A stretch of 64,000 bases of DNA from assembly GCA_965250085.1 (NCBI GenBank), contig OZ252287.1, forward strand, positions 1,280,001 through 1,344,000, in the 5' to 3' direction. The position numbers were made by a program, and so were the translations under genes. The notes under the pieces were generated by a model. It worked only from the letters and a program-made list of their open reading frames with translations, searched no databases and was not told where the DNA came from. Positions 28,157 through 38,867 of this stretch are shown here, piece by piece (within the stretch, counting starts at the first letter, position 1; each line of letters starts with the position of its first letter). The DNA comes from Candidatus Altimarinota bacterium (lineage in GTDB: Bacteria > Patescibacteriota > Gracilibacteria > CAIRYL01).

Positions 28157-30703
28157 TTACTTCATCCAATCTGGCAGATCTTCTTCAGAAGATTCTGTAT
28201 TATGACGGGGAGGGTCTTCTGTGTTAGATTGTTCACTTGCGATATCGGCAGGTTTGTCTTGAGAGGATTCAGAAACAAATTCTGACTCTGATGCTTCCTG
28301 CGCTGAAGCGTGAATATCTTCTTTTAGCCAGTCGGGCATATCATCTTCTGCGATAGGATAACTTTCAGTTGTGATATTTTGAGGCTCAATTTCTGTTTTT
28401 GCTTCTCCTTCTCCCGCAGATTCTGACAAAGCCTGTCCTGAAGATTTTTTAGAGACAGAAGCTTCTACTCGCGTTTCTTGCAGCCAGTCTGGAACAGGTG
28501 TCGATTCATCCTGCAGAGCAATCTGAGCACTTTGAACTCCTTTTTTAGAAGAGGTGGAAGAATCTTTTTCAAGTTCCTGTCCTTCGGTCTTGAGCCATGT
28601 TGGAGATGGAGATTCATCTTGAACCGTTGAGGCAGTATTCTGGGTACTTTCTTTTTTCGGAGTAGAAGGGACGTCTTCTGTTACTATTTCTGCGGTAGCA
28701 ACTTGCGCTGAAGAAGATTCTGGAACAGGTGCAGCAGATGTTTCAATTTGAGTCACCTGTGCTATCTCGGCATGTTTTTTGTGACGAATACGATCGAAAT
28801 CTTCTAAGACAATTTCTTCAAAAGAAAGATCTGGGTACCGAATTTTTCGAAAGATAAGATAGAAAGCCAGAAGAAGAAGAGGAATACCCAGCAGAAGTAT
28901 GAGGGTCCACCAGAGCCAACCAAGTTTTTTCTTCTCTTTTGCTTCTCCACTTACTTGATCGGAATCTTGTGCAGAATCTTTATCACTTGCGACTTTCTCT
29001 TTGCCACTCTCTTCAGAAGAAGTATCTCCATCGCTACTTTTTGCATCATCAGGCACACTTCCAGGAGCAACAGACGAGATGGCGATATTTTCTGCGGTGG
29101 TAGTACTTCGTCCCACAGCATCTGTCACGGTGAGGATAGTTGTGTACGTTTGAGCTTGGGCATATATGTGCTCAGGATTGACTTCAGAACTCGTTTTCCC
29201 ATCCCCAAAATCCCAAGAGTATGAGAGATCGGTATTCAGCAGTCGATTATCAGCAAATGATTCATCTCCAAATGAAACGGTATTGGTGTTTACAGAGGAA
29301 GAAAACTGCGCTGTAGGAGGAGAGGTCATAATCTCTCGTTCTCTACTAGAGAGCACCGTGATTATTTTTTCTACTTCTGCAATCACTTCCCCGTCTTTGT
29401 GAGCAGTTATTTTGACGGGAAAGATACCGTCATTATTATATTGATACGTATTTCGTGTGCGAATACCTTCATATTCGGACACTCCATCACCATCAAAATC
29501 CCAAGTAATCTGAGCACCTTCAGGGAGTCCAAGAGCCATAAAATCTACACTTTCTCCGGCAAATATTTCCTGCTGACTTATCACCAATTTTTGAGGAAGA
29601 GCAGGAAAAATAGCACCTGATTCTTCATTTTCTTTTGCCAAAACAGTGTCAAAGATTATTTTTCTCTGTACTTTACTTCCTTTGTTTTGATCATTCACCA
29701 CCAGAAGTTCTATGACGACCTCTCCCCACTCTTTTTTAAAATTGGTCGTCCATGATGAGCCGGTACGGAACGAATTGTGTTCTCGATTATCAATGTCGTT
29801 GTCTGGAGTGCCATCTGCATTGGTGTCAAAAAGTGCATTTTTGTCTATGCGGTATTCCACAATATTTCCTTCTGAATTTCCGGCAAAAAATGTGACATTC
29901 CCTTCTTTTCCGGGAAGATAGATGAGTCCATCTTCATTGGCACGGGGAAGCGAGTTCAGTACAGCTTTGAGAGGAAGTGATTTTTGAGCGGTGACACCTG
30001 TTTGGTCAAAAGAGATATCAAGTGTTTTGGATTCTGTCTCTCCAGTAGGATATTTGACGGTAATTTGTGCAGTGCGATTTGGCTTGGATGGATCGTAGGT
30101 ATGACTCCAAGCACTTCCGGTAAAAAACGAGGAATGGGAAGCATTTTCTTTGTCGTTATCAGCAATACCATCTCCATCAGCATCTTCAGTAATATCTGTA
30201 TCAATCCAGTATTCCGAAGGATTTCCACTAGCGTTACCTGGAAAAAATGTGACTTCTGGAGAAGCGGGATCAACGACAAGCACTCCCTCACTATTAAGAG
30301 GTGGAAGAGTCGTAAAAGAAACCTGCTTATCTTCAAAATTTGGATTTAAAATATCTGCTTTTACAAGAGTTATGGTTGTTTGAGTAGCGCCTGATTCGGG
30401 ATCGGTCATGAGGAGGCGCACTTCATACTCTCCCGGTTCCGTAAAGACATGTTCAAATGTTTTTGCACTGGAATTGGTAACACCACTTTCTCCCTGAGGA
30501 ATAATTTCTTCTCCTTTTTTAAGGATCCAGGAATAGTCTACTTTCCCACTCACATTTGATGGCTGAAGATTCAGAGTTTCTCCTATTTTGACATGAACGA
30601 CTCCACTGGCGAGTGTAGTTGAAAGGAGAAAACAAAAAAGAGAAAGAACAACTACAGAGAGAGCTATAAAACTTTGCCAAAGATTTTTAATAAATACAAT
30701 CAT
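28157..30703 (-). CDS. PKD-domain surface protein with a TM anchor and a disordered tail containing P(D/T)W(L/M) motifs
   Basis: Signal peptide, PKD motifs (WDFDGDG, YSWDFGDG), DxDxDG loops, TM segment LWWTLILLLGIPLLLLAFYLIF, and an acidic tail. Confidence 0.88.
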   Translation of the reverse strand: MIVFIKNLWQSFIALSVVVLSLFCFLLSTTLASGVVHVKIGETLNLQPSNVSGKVDYSWILKKGEEIIPQGESGVTNSSAKTFEHVFTEPGEYEVRLLMTDPESGATQTTITLVKADILNPNFEDKQVSFTTLPPLNSEGVLVVDPASPEVTFFPGNASGNPSEYWIDTDITEDADGDGIADNDKENASHSSFFTGSAWSHTYDPSKPNRTAQITVKYPTGETESKTLDISFDQTGVTAQKSLPLKAVLNSLPRANEDGLIYLPGKEGNVTFFAGNSEGNIVEYRIDKNALFDTNADGTPDNDIDNREHNSFRTGSSWTTNFKKEWGEVVIELLVVNDQNKGSKVQRKIIFDTVLAKENEESGAIFPALPQKLVISQQEIFAGESVDFMALGLPEGAQITWDFDGDGVSEYEGIRTRNTYQYNNDGIFPVKITAHKDGEVIAEVEKIITVLSSREREIMTSPPTAQFSSSVNTNTVSFGDESFADNRLLNTDLSYSWDFGDGKTSSEVNPEHIYAQAQTYTTILTVTDAVGRSTTTAENIAISSVAPGSVPDDAKSSDGDTSSEESGKEKVASDKDSAQDSDQVSGEAKEKKKLGWLWWTLILLLGIPLLLLAFYLIFRKIRYPDLSFEEIVLEDFDRIRHKKHAEIAQVTQIETSAAPVPESSSAQVATAEIVTEDVPSTPKKESTQNTASTVQDESPSPTWLKTEGQELEKDSSTSSKKGVQSAQIALQDESTPVPDWLQETRVEASVSKKSSGQALSESAGEGEAKTEIEPQNITTESYPIAEDDMPDWLKEDIHASAQEASESEFVSESSQDKPADIASEQSNTEDPPRHNTESSEEDLPDWMK

Positions 30704-30999
30704 GATGTGGGGTTCAGTATTCGATTTAAATCAGTACGAATTTCTCTAGCTCCTTCAGTCACAGTCGAATCATCCATTTCCTCAATTATTTGTAGGAGTC
30801 TCTCCATTTCTTTTCTTTGTAAGAAAGAGCCTGAAGACCAAAATTTTGCAACAAGACTTCTTGCTTCTTCATTATTTGGAAATGCTAAAGTGGCTTCAAA
30901 TTCAGTCGTTTTCGAGATATTTCTGAAGTTAGCTCCTCGGTCACCATGGAGCTTGTGACCATTTAACCTTTTCCGTGATCGAGTTCTTATTCGTGACAT
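30700..30999 (-). CDS. small hypothetical protein inside the pilin/PKD operon
   Basis: Starts 1 bp after the upstream stop. Its stop overlaps the downstream ATG (ATGA). Confidence 0.65.
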   Translation of the reverse strand: MSRIRTRSRKRLNGHKLHGDRGANFRNISKTTEFEATLAFPNNEEARSLVAKFWSSGSFLQRKEMERLLQIIEEMDDSTVTEGAREIRTDLNRILNPTS

Positions 31000-31000
31000 A

Positions 31001-34000
31001 TTACTCTATAAAAAGTGAAATAATTTCAGATATATCTCCGGAGACAGTATCTTTAGCAGTTGCTTCTATGACGACTCTTCCTTTTCCGAGTCCGGTAATT
31101 TCAGTAAAGGCTTCTCCCAGAAGAGACTCACTCATCTTTTTGCTGAGCTGAGCATTTCCGGAAATAATTTTGAATTCTACAGTTCCTTGAAACAGAGTAT
31201 TATTCGCGTTTTTCACAAAAGCGAGCAGTCGTGTACTTTCTCCAGCAGGAATGACGCCTCGTGCACAAACAAGATCCAAGGTGGTCATTGGATGGCTCGA
31301 TTTCATACGAACAGACTCTACAATACCGGCAAAGAGGCCAGCATTTCCAGAAGATGATACTCCTGTAGCAGATCCAATGCCTGAATTTCCTCCACCAAAT
31401 CCAAATCGGCTTCCGCTTCCGGAAAGGAGCTTCCCACTTTCGAGTACTGGCACATCGCGAGTGACTGTGTCTTGTACTCCCAAACGATCAGTAATAGTAA
31501 GCTTAATTGATCGTTTCCCAAGTTCTTCATAAAAGTGAGAAAAACTTTCACTGGTTTCATCTGTGTCATTTTTACTATCACCATCACCATCAGAATCTAT
31601 CTGGAGATCTAAGTCCCATTCATATGACACTGTGTTATTGGGAACAGAATCGTCTACTTCTGAAGTACTGGCATCAAACTGCACATTGTGTCCCTGGAGT
31701 TGATACAGAAATGCCGCCTTGGGGAGTTCGTGTTTTCTCGCAACAAATACGCTCTTACTCTTACTAGAAGCCAGTCCTCTGTATACGACTTTGAGCCGTG
31801 GGTTATATTCACCAGGTTCGTCATATCGAAAAATTGCCTGAGGTCCAGTACCGATCGCATCAAAGACATTATCGCCATCAAAATCCCACATATAGGCTGA
31901 ATCAGGAATCGTATCTCCAAATGGATCTTCTGCGGTCGCAAAAAAAGTAATAGTGTCTCCTTCGTCCACTGTGGCTTTTTCCATCTCAAAATCTACAAGA
32001 GGACTCCTGTTTTCTCCGTTTTTGGCTTCTACAAAGTTACTGACTCCAAACACTTCTTCAGAGTTTAGAGTTGCCCCAAAGTTATCCATGATTTCAACCA
32101 CAAAGAAATACTTGTGTGTTTCATCAGGGAATCCATGGACTGGAAGAATAAGACTCGTAGAAGGAATTGTTGTGGTATGAAGCCCAACTTTTTCTGTTTC
32201 ATTTTCCCGATACGCCCACCATTTATACTCTACAATATTGCCGTCAGGATCTCTGGCATTTTGCACCTTGAGCGGCACAATAACGGGCGCAGAAGTATTT
32301 TTGGGAAGCGAAACCTGCAATACATCCATTTCGGGTTCCTTGTTTATGATCTTTATCCACAGTGTTTCTGCCGTATCTTTCCGTCCAGTTCTGTCGTCAG
32401 TAATCGTGAGTTCTACTGGATAACATGCTTCTTCGGAGGGGACTTCATCAAATCGTTTGGTCACCATTTTTTTACGGGAAAAAGTTCCGTCGTGAAATAC
32501 CCACTCATACTCCAGTCCACTCCTTCCAGCAACACTTTGGAGTGTTTCTTTTGCCTCTGTTGCATCAATAGAAGCAGAGGCGTCAAGGGTGATTTTGTCA
32601 GCACGAGAGATTTCAATTCCATGTTTTCCACTCCCACATATATCATCCTGAATGATATAGAGAATATTGCCCTGTCGCACATCATATGCAGCCACTGGCA
32701 TGTCTCTTTCTCCAATATACACGGTACGTGATGTCATGTTCTCTTCGTCATCCACATCAAATGCTGTGAGTTTGACTTTGTATCTTCCTTTTTCCAAGAA
32801 AGAATGACTCACACTTTCTTCAGTACCCTGTTCATTTGCTCCATCTCCAAAATCCCAGAAAAATGTGATAGCATTCTCTGCCGTAGCATCAAATATGATT
32901 TCTTCATCGGGGTGAGCCACAAATGTGCTGGCAGTAAAATCAACATTAAGGACAGAGTCAATCTCTACCTGCCGTACCGTTTCATCACTTTCTCCGTTTG
33001 TATCAGTCACTTTGAGACGTACATCAAATGCACCAGTCTCGCTATATTCAAACTCTGCTTGAGTAGAAGTGTCATTCTGAATTTCGAATGATCCATCATT
33101 CTGAAAGTCCCATGAATACGCAAGAGCATCACCATCTTTATCCTGGCTCCTGGAGGCATCAAATTTGATGACGGAAGGTTGAGAGGCCTCTTTTGAAGCA
33201 AAGGTAAAATTTGCTTCTGGAGGATTTGATGCAATAACAATTGTTTCAGCAGCAGTAGCTGTTTTGCCCGCTGTATCGGAAACAGTAAGAGATATCTGAA
33301 CGTTGCCACTCTTAGAAAATGTGCGAGCAAATCGTTCTTCTTTGATTTCTTCTTTTTCTCCTTCTGCATCAATAAGGATCCATTCGTGAGAAATGATATC
33401 GCCAAAGCTACTCTCAGAATCTGAACCATCAAAAGTAATTTTTTTCTCCACAAATCGTTCACTGGGACTCACATCAAAACGAGCCACCGTATCCTGTATA
33501 CCAAGAGTTACCTGTTTTTTATAACTCTTTCCCAAATTATCAGTTACCGTTAGCGAAACTTTATATTCTCCAGCGTCTGGATAGATATGCTGCACTACTT
33601 CATCACTTTCAGTTTTCATGCCTGGAGATCCATCACCAAAGTTCCATAAGAATTCTTCTATTTGTTTTTGACCTGTGTTCTGGATATTCGGTTTGAATGT
33701 GATACCTGTCAGAGCGTTACTGAGTGCAAACTGTTGAAAAAACTTAGCGCGCTCACCATTGATCAAAAACTCTACATCCGGATTTGCCGGAAAGATTTCC
33801 ACTGCAAATGTTGCTTCTCCCGCAGAGGTCTCTACTCCATCACTCCGAGGATCAATACGAAGTTTGAAGACAAATCTTCCACTTTCACTGAGCTCTTCTA
33901 CAACAGTATTTCCGGTGCCGAGGTTGATAGTATTCCCCGATGCGTTTACATAACTCCAGTGGTACGAACTATCTGGAATCGTCTGATCATCCTCTGGATA

Positions 34001-34690
34001 TCGAGATCCGAGTCCGGAAAGCTCTACTGTAAGAGGAGCGACACCGGAAGTGTTGCTGCCTGTAATTTTGACAAATATTTCATTTTCACCAGCATTATTG
34101 GTGCGAACAGTGGTTATGGAGGACCCTCCACTTTGATCGATACTGCTTCCACCTGTTCCGGATCCTCCGGATCCATTGATCGGGGTTCCATCAGGATTCA
34201 GCCCGCTTCCTTCTACGGGGGTCAGATTTTCTTGATCCAGATTGAGATCACCTCTGCCGGCATTCACAAAAAATCGAACGATTGCAAAAGAAAGTAAAAT
34301 AAGAATAATCCCCGCTCCTGCCCAAATTACAATTTTTCGCCCCTTCGTAATATTTTCTTCCTCTCCTCCAGAAAAAATCCAGAGGAATCCTCCATAGATT
34401 ACTGCAATCACTGCAGCGAGTCCTGCAAATCCAAGAAAATAATTAATGATGATCAGGAGTCTCTGTCGAAACGTCTGATTTGTATCGTTACACAATGTGG
34501 GATCCACTTCGTCACACGGAGGGGGGACAAAACACCCTTCTGGGGGACATGGATCATCTCGAAAATCAATTCCTGCCAGGAGATCAATATTTTTGATGCC
34601 TTCCATACCTCCTGCTCCAAAAAAAAGAAGGAGTCCTATTGCAAAAGCGCCAAGGAAAAAGAAGAGTCTTTTCATCTTAGACAGAAGCAT
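31001..34690 (-). CDS. VirB2/TrbC-like pilin domain fused to multiple PKD domains
   Basis: IINYFLGFAGLAAVIAVIYGGFLWIFSGGEEENITKGRKIVIWAGAGIILILLSFAIVRF pilin motif, G/S linker, and repeated WNFGDG/WDFGDG/WDFDGD PKD motifs. Confidence 0.88.
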   Translation of the reverse strand: MLLSKMKRLFFFLGAFAIGLLLFFGAGGMEGIKNIDLLAGIDFRDDPCPPEGCFVPPPCDEVDPTLCNDTNQTFRQRLLIIINYFLGFAGLAAVIAVIYGGFLWIFSGGEEENITKGRKIVIWAGAGIILILLSFAIVRFFVNAGRGDLNLDQENLTPVEGSGLNPDGTPINGSGGSGTGGSSIDQSGGSSITTVRTNNAGENEIFVKITGSNTSGVAPLTVELSGLGSRYPEDDQTIPDSSYHWSYVNASGNTINLGTGNTVVEELSESGRFVFKLRIDPRSDGVETSAGEATFAVEIFPANPDVEFLINGERAKFFQQFALSNALTGITFKPNIQNTGQKQIEEFLWNFGDGSPGMKTESDEVVQHIYPDAGEYKVSLTVTDNLGKSYKKQVTLGIQDTVARFDVSPSERFVEKKITFDGSDSESSFGDIISHEWILIDAEGEKEEIKEERFARTFSKSGNVQISLTVSDTAGKTATAAETIVIASNPPEANFTFASKEASQPSVIKFDASRSQDKDGDALAYSWDFQNDGSFEIQNDTSTQAEFEYSETGAFDVRLKVTDTNGESDETVRQVEIDSVLNVDFTASTFVAHPDEEIIFDATAENAITFFWDFGDGANEQGTEESVSHSFLEKGRYKVKLTAFDVDDEENMTSRTVYIGERDMPVAAYDVRQGNILYIIQDDICGSGKHGIEISRADKITLDASASIDATEAKETLQSVAGRSGLEYEWVFHDGTFSRKKMVTKRFDEVPSEEACYPVELTITDDRTGRKDTAETLWIKIINKEPEMDVLQVSLPKNTSAPVIVPLKVQNARDPDGNIVEYKWWAYRENETEKVGLHTTTIPSTSLILPVHGFPDETHKYFFVVEIMDNFGATLNSEEVFGVSNFVEAKNGENRSPLVDFEMEKATVDEGDTITFFATAEDPFGDTIPDSAYMWDFDGDNVFDAIGTGPQAIFRYDEPGEYNPRLKVVYRGLASSKSKSVFVARKHELPKAAFLYQLQGHNVQFDASTSEVDDSVPNNTVSYEWDLDLQIDSDGDGDSKNDTDETSESFSHFYEELGKRSIKLTITDRLGVQDTVTRDVPVLESGKLLSGSGSRFGFGGGNSGIGSATGVSSSGNAGLFAGIVESVRMKSSHPMTTLDLVCARGVIPAGESTRLLAFVKNANNTLFQGTVEFKIISGNAQLSKKMSESLLGEAFTEITGLGKGRVVIEATAKDTVSGDISEIISLFIE

Positions 34691-35081
34691 TTATAAAGAG
34701 ATTGGTAAGTGCGTATGACATGAGGATCACGATGATTCCAATGGCTGCATACACCATTACTTTTTTTGCCTTTTCATTGTTTTCCTCACTGGCAAAAGTA
34801 GTGATATACAAAAATCCTGCCCAAACAAAGGCAACAAAAGCAAAAATACCTGATAAGATCAAAAGAATCTTGATCCAGAACAGAATAGCCACCACCAGGC
34901 TGGCATCACTGGGGATCCCTGTGCCAGGCAGAAGACCTTTCAATATCTCCAGCCCCCTTTCCAGTCCTCCTCCTTCAAAAACTGTTTCATGACCACCACT
35001 ACCTTGCGCAAATGCCCTTGAGTACGGAAGACTTGCAAGCATTGTGAGAGAGAAGGCGAAAAATTTTTGGATTTTCTTCAT
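34677..35081 (-). CDS. VirB2/TrbC-like (T4SS-type) pilin
   Basis: Signal peptide ending AFA, then FVWAGFLYITT...EENNEKAKKVMVYAAIGIIVILMSYALTN. Confidence 0.85.
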   Translation of the reverse strand: MKKIQKFFAFSLTMLASLPYSRAFAQGSGGHETVFEGGGLERGLEILKGLLPGTGIPSDASLVVAILFWIKILLILSGIFAFVAFVWAGFLYITTFASEENNEKAKKVMVYAAIGIIVILMSYALTNLFINASV

Positions 35082-35246
35082 GTATTTGTTTTATTAATCC
35101 CTTCATTCTCTCATAAAATGGATTTTTTTTCAAGCAGAAAAATCTTATTCGAAAGGGTGGCTTCTACCGTTTTTGATCCATATATCGGAGACATGTTGCG
35201 TCTTTTAAGAAAAAATGATTAAATACCCTCCTGTTATAAAAATACT

Positions 35247-36737
35247 ATGTCAAAATCTGTAGCCGAACAATATCCCCATGATACTTCTCGGGAGGTAATA
35301 AAAGTATTTGAAACCTTTTGCGAAATCCCCAGAGCTTCAGGACAAGAGGGTGCAATTGCTCAAAAAGTAAAAGAAATGTTTCCTAGTCATGAGATACGAG
35401 AAGATAGTTTTGGTAACTTTGCTATTGATATACCAGCCTCTGAAGAGTGTGAAAAGGCACCAAGAGTAATGATTCAGGGACATTTAGATATGGTTTGCAA
35501 GGGAGGAAATGATGAAAACCCCACTCATCCATATCTTGATGAAGATGGTTGGATCAAGGCACAGGGAGACACAACACTTGGGGCCGATAATGGAATCGGT
35601 GTTGCTATGGGAATCGCGGCAGCGAAAGATAACAAGTTACGACATGGTCCCCTCACTCTCCTTTTTACCCTTTATGAAGAAGAAGGGCTCAAAGGAGCAA
35701 AGGAATTGGATCCAGTTCTCATACCCGATGACACTGAGATAGGTATTAATTTGGATAGTGAAGATAATGAGATTTTTTATGGATGTGCCGGAGCATCACG
35801 TATTACGGCAGAACTAGACATATCAAACAAAGACCAACTGCCTCCTGATTATCAGTTGTGGGAGATAAAACTTGCAGGGTTATCAGGTGGTCACTCAGGA
35901 TTGGAAATCCATACAAATCCTCTCAATGCTATTAAGCTTTTGAGCGAACTTCTGCAAAAAATATTTCAAGACAATAATGGAGTTCAGCTTATTTCCTTTT
36001 CTGGGGGCACTGCGACCAATAGTGTTCCAAAGGAAGCTATTTCAGTGATTGCAGTGCCAGAGCGTGATGACTTAAAATCAGAAGATTCTCAAGTCCTTGA
36101 AACAATAAGACGATTCCATGGGCAAAAACGAAAAGAAATCCCGGAATACGAAGGACTCCGCATTGATCCAAAAGAAATAAAGAATCAAGCAGTTTGGTCA
36201 ATACGCGGAGTGCAAAGAGATAGATTATTAAACGCAATTTCAGAAATACCTTCAGGACCGCTTGAATGGCTTGATGATAAAGAATCAGTTTCTGTTTCGA
36301 ATAATATTGCTGTTCTTGAGACTTTAGAAAATATCTTCAGACTGCTCTCTATGGTAAGAGCTATGAAGCCTCAGGATTTAGATCGCACAGAGACAGAAAT
36401 CATAGAAATTCTTAATCAGAATAAAATGCAATTCTACGAGCCCAATAAATACTATGGATGGCTTGCAGACAGATCGGAACTGGCTGTAGGACTAGCTGCA
36501 GATGCGTATGAAGAGATCAATGGTCAAGCTGCAGAACCAAAAGTAGTACATGCTGGGCTTGAATGCGGTGTTATATCAGGTCTCTTGGAAAAGATGGGAA
36601 GGAAAATATCAATGGTTTCATTTGGACCAATAATAAAAGGGGCGCATGAGCCTGAGGAGAGAGTGCATGCTGGAACTATTGATAGTAACTACAGGATGCT
36701 GCGACGCATGTTGGAACGAATTACAAATCTTCAGTAA
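35247..36737 (+). CDS. pepD: aminoacyl-histidine dipeptidase (M20C)
   Basis: QGHLDMVC, TTLGADNGIG, EEEGL, INLDSED, GGHSG, VHAGLECG and HEPEER. Confidence 0.92.
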   Translation: MSKSVAEQYPHDTSREVIKVFETFCEIPRASGQEGAIAQKVKEMFPSHEIREDSFGNFAIDIPASEECEKAPRVMIQGHLDMVCKGGNDENPTHPYLDEDGWIKAQGDTTLGADNGIGVAMGIAAAKDNKLRHGPLTLLFTLYEEEGLKGAKELDPVLIPDDTEIGINLDSEDNEIFYGCAGASRITAELDISNKDQLPPDYQLWEIKLAGLSGGHSGLEIHTNPLNAIKLLSELLQKIFQDNNGVQLISFSGGTATNSVPKEAISVIAVPERDDLKSEDSQVLETIRRFHGQKRKEIPEYEGLRIDPKEIKNQAVWSIRGVQRDRLLNAISEIPSGPLEWLDDKESVSVSNNIAVLETLENIFRLLSMVRAMKPQDLDRTETEIIEILNQNKMQFYEPNKYYGWLADRSELAVGLAADAYEEINGQAAEPKVVHAGLECGVISGLLEKMGRKISMVSFGPIIKGAHEPEERVHAGTIDSNYRMLRRMLERITNLQ

Positions 36738-36800
36738 ATGAAGAAAACGAAGCGAGGATACTGGAGATTAAGAAGGGTATTATTTTTTTGACACATCGCC

Positions 36801-37862
36801 ATGGCAAACTACCAAGAACACCTCAAGCTTCTAGATCCTCTGCAAGAAATATCATATTTTTCTGATGTTGGACATTTTTTGGAAGCCCAACATAACATTC
36901 ATCAATTTGTGGAATTTTTCGCAAGTTTTTTGCTGGTAACTGCGGATCGAAATATTGAGTCTTCTGAAAATAAAGAAAAAATAGTTTCGGATATGCAAGA
37001 TGTGCACGCGGTGGTTTCAGAAGGAAGAAAAATTATTAGAAAAGTAATATATTCAGAACTTTCGGGGGAGAAGTACCAAAAGCAAAGGCAAGAGCTAGAA
37101 CTTTATGAGGCGGAATTGATCTTTATAGAAAAAATAATAATTATCCGAAAAGCATATCGGCAAACTGTATCTCCTGATATTTTTGCAGATGATTTTAATA
37201 TCGGAAATGATTACATTCGTTCAGACAGCGATGAGGAATTTCAACGTATAACTTCTCATCTGAGAAAGAAAATGGAGCAAAAATATGAGCCATACATTTA
37301 CCCTTCTGTAAGAAAAGAAGACATACATACAATAGGAGAGGAAATGGAAAGAAAAATACAATGGTGTCTTGAGAATGCACCAATAGTATCTGCAATGAAA
37401 ATGGCTCATACAGTCGACAGAGAAGATGTTGACTCCTTTTATAAGACTGCACAAGAATTAATAAGAGCAAAAACAGGAAAAGATGCAGATTGGTCGATGC
37501 GGAGAGAGAAGGATCGCGAAATATTTAAAAGCACATTTGGATTTTCATTTCAACCAATAGGACATGTTATTCAAGGGATATGTGAGTCAACAGATGGCAA
37601 AAAGGCTCTTGAGCTTTTAAAAAAATTAAAAGAGATTTCAGAACAAATGAATGCAATAGATATGTCGAAAAAACTCATTCAAGGAAGTCGGGCAAAAGAG
37701 ATACAAATGTTTCTCGCTGAGGTAGCTGACTTTTTAAACGCCAAACAAGATGAGTATGTAACAGCTGATACAACCAAACTTGTAAAACTTTTTCACCCCT
37801 TGTGGTATCGATTTTGTCCTGGCATGAAATCTGGAGTAATCACCGGAAGAGAAGAATTTTGA
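36801..37862 (+). CDS. hypothetical helical protein
   Basis: 353-aa ORF with no recognised motif. Confidence 0.7.
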   Translation: MANYQEHLKLLDPLQEISYFSDVGHFLEAQHNIHQFVEFFASFLLVTADRNIESSENKEKIVSDMQDVHAVVSEGRKIIRKVIYSELSGEKYQKQRQELELYEAELIFIEKIIIIRKAYRQTVSPDIFADDFNIGNDYIRSDSDEEFQRITSHLRKKMEQKYEPYIYPSVRKEDIHTIGEEMERKIQWCLENAPIVSAMKMAHTVDREDVDSFYKTAQELIRAKTGKDADWSMRREKDREIFKSTFGFSFQPIGHVIQGICESTDGKKALELLKKLKEISEQMNAIDMSKKLIQGSRAKEIQMFLAEVADFLNAKQDEYVTADTTKLVKLFHPLWYRFCPGMKSGVITGREEF

Positions 37863-37914
37863 CAACAGCTTAGAAAAAAAGATCGAACGCACCTCAGGAA
37901 GAATGAGAACACAT

Positions 37915-38841
37915 TTATACAAATGTCTCCAAAAGCTTGCTCACATCAACATGTTCCACTTCTTCCGTAAGAGCTGTTTTTACCCCTTGTCTCTGCGGTA
38001 ATCGCTCCAAGAAATGCGGTGAATCGGTTTCATAGAGTACTCCCATCGCAATTTCATTCTCCAAATCTTCAGCTACGCGTCGTGCTGTCCAAATATCAGT
38101 TTTATCATAGTCTTTCATCTCTTCCACATGCTTGATGCGCTCCCAAAACCATTCTTGAGAGGTTGCTTTGTTATACGTGGGGCAGACCTGCATGATCTCT
38201 ACAAATGAAAATCCGGGATGATTGATTCCTTTCTGAATCATCTTGGTTATATGCTCTACGTCTCCAGAGAAACTGCGGGCCACAAATGTGGGGTTGAGCG
38301 AGAGCACAAACCGTGCGGCATTCATAGGTTCGAGTGGAGCCCCATCTGGAGCAGAATTCATGGGGTGTCCTTGTCTGGTCATTGAGGATGGCTGTCCAGT
38401 AGTGAGGGCATAGTTTTCATTATTGTGGAGGATAAACGTAATGGGATAATTATTCCGCACGGCATGCACCAAATGATTCACTCCCTCGCTAAAGGTGGCA
38501 CCATCTCCCGCCATGGCAATGACTTTCATCTTCTCATTGGCAATCTTCGCACCGGCGGCCAGTGGCAGGACACGTCCATGGAGTCCATGAATTGTATACC
38601 CGCCTATTTTATCCGATCCATTGCCATTACACCCAATATCAAAACAGAGCAGGACATCTGTATGCCTGAGTTTTTCCAGTGTCAGAGCTCTGATAAGTGC
38701 TTTTTGAATTCCATAGTTTCCACATCCACTACACCACCAGGTGACATTGTCTCCACAGTTTTCGTAGTGTGTGTAGATATCCTCATTTTTTGTGAGGTTT
38801 TTGAGGAGACTCGAATCATGGTGACGGTGACAGTTGCTCAT
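37915..38841 (-). CDS. 2-oxoacid:ferredoxin oxidoreductase beta subunit (TPP-binding)
   Basis: WCSGCGN, DIGC, HGLHGR, GDG...NENYALTTGQ and QVCPTYN. Confidence 0.93.
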   Translation of the reverse strand: MSNCHRHHDSSLLKNLTKNEDIYTHYENCGDNVTWWCSGCGNYGIQKALIRALTLEKLRHTDVLLCFDIGCNGNGSDKIGGYTIHGLHGRVLPLAAGAKIANEKMKVIAMAGDGATFSEGVNHLVHAVRNNYPITFILHNNENYALTTGQPSSMTRQGHPMNSAPDGAPLEPMNAARFVLSLNPTFVARSFSGDVEHITKMIQKGINHPGFSFVEIMQVCPTYNKATSQEWFWERIKHVEEMKDYDKTDIWTARRVAEDLENEIAMGVLYETDSPHFLERLPQRQGVKTALTEEVEHVDVSKLLETFV

Positions 38842-38867
38842 ATAATTTTTTAAAAAGAAAATTTCGC

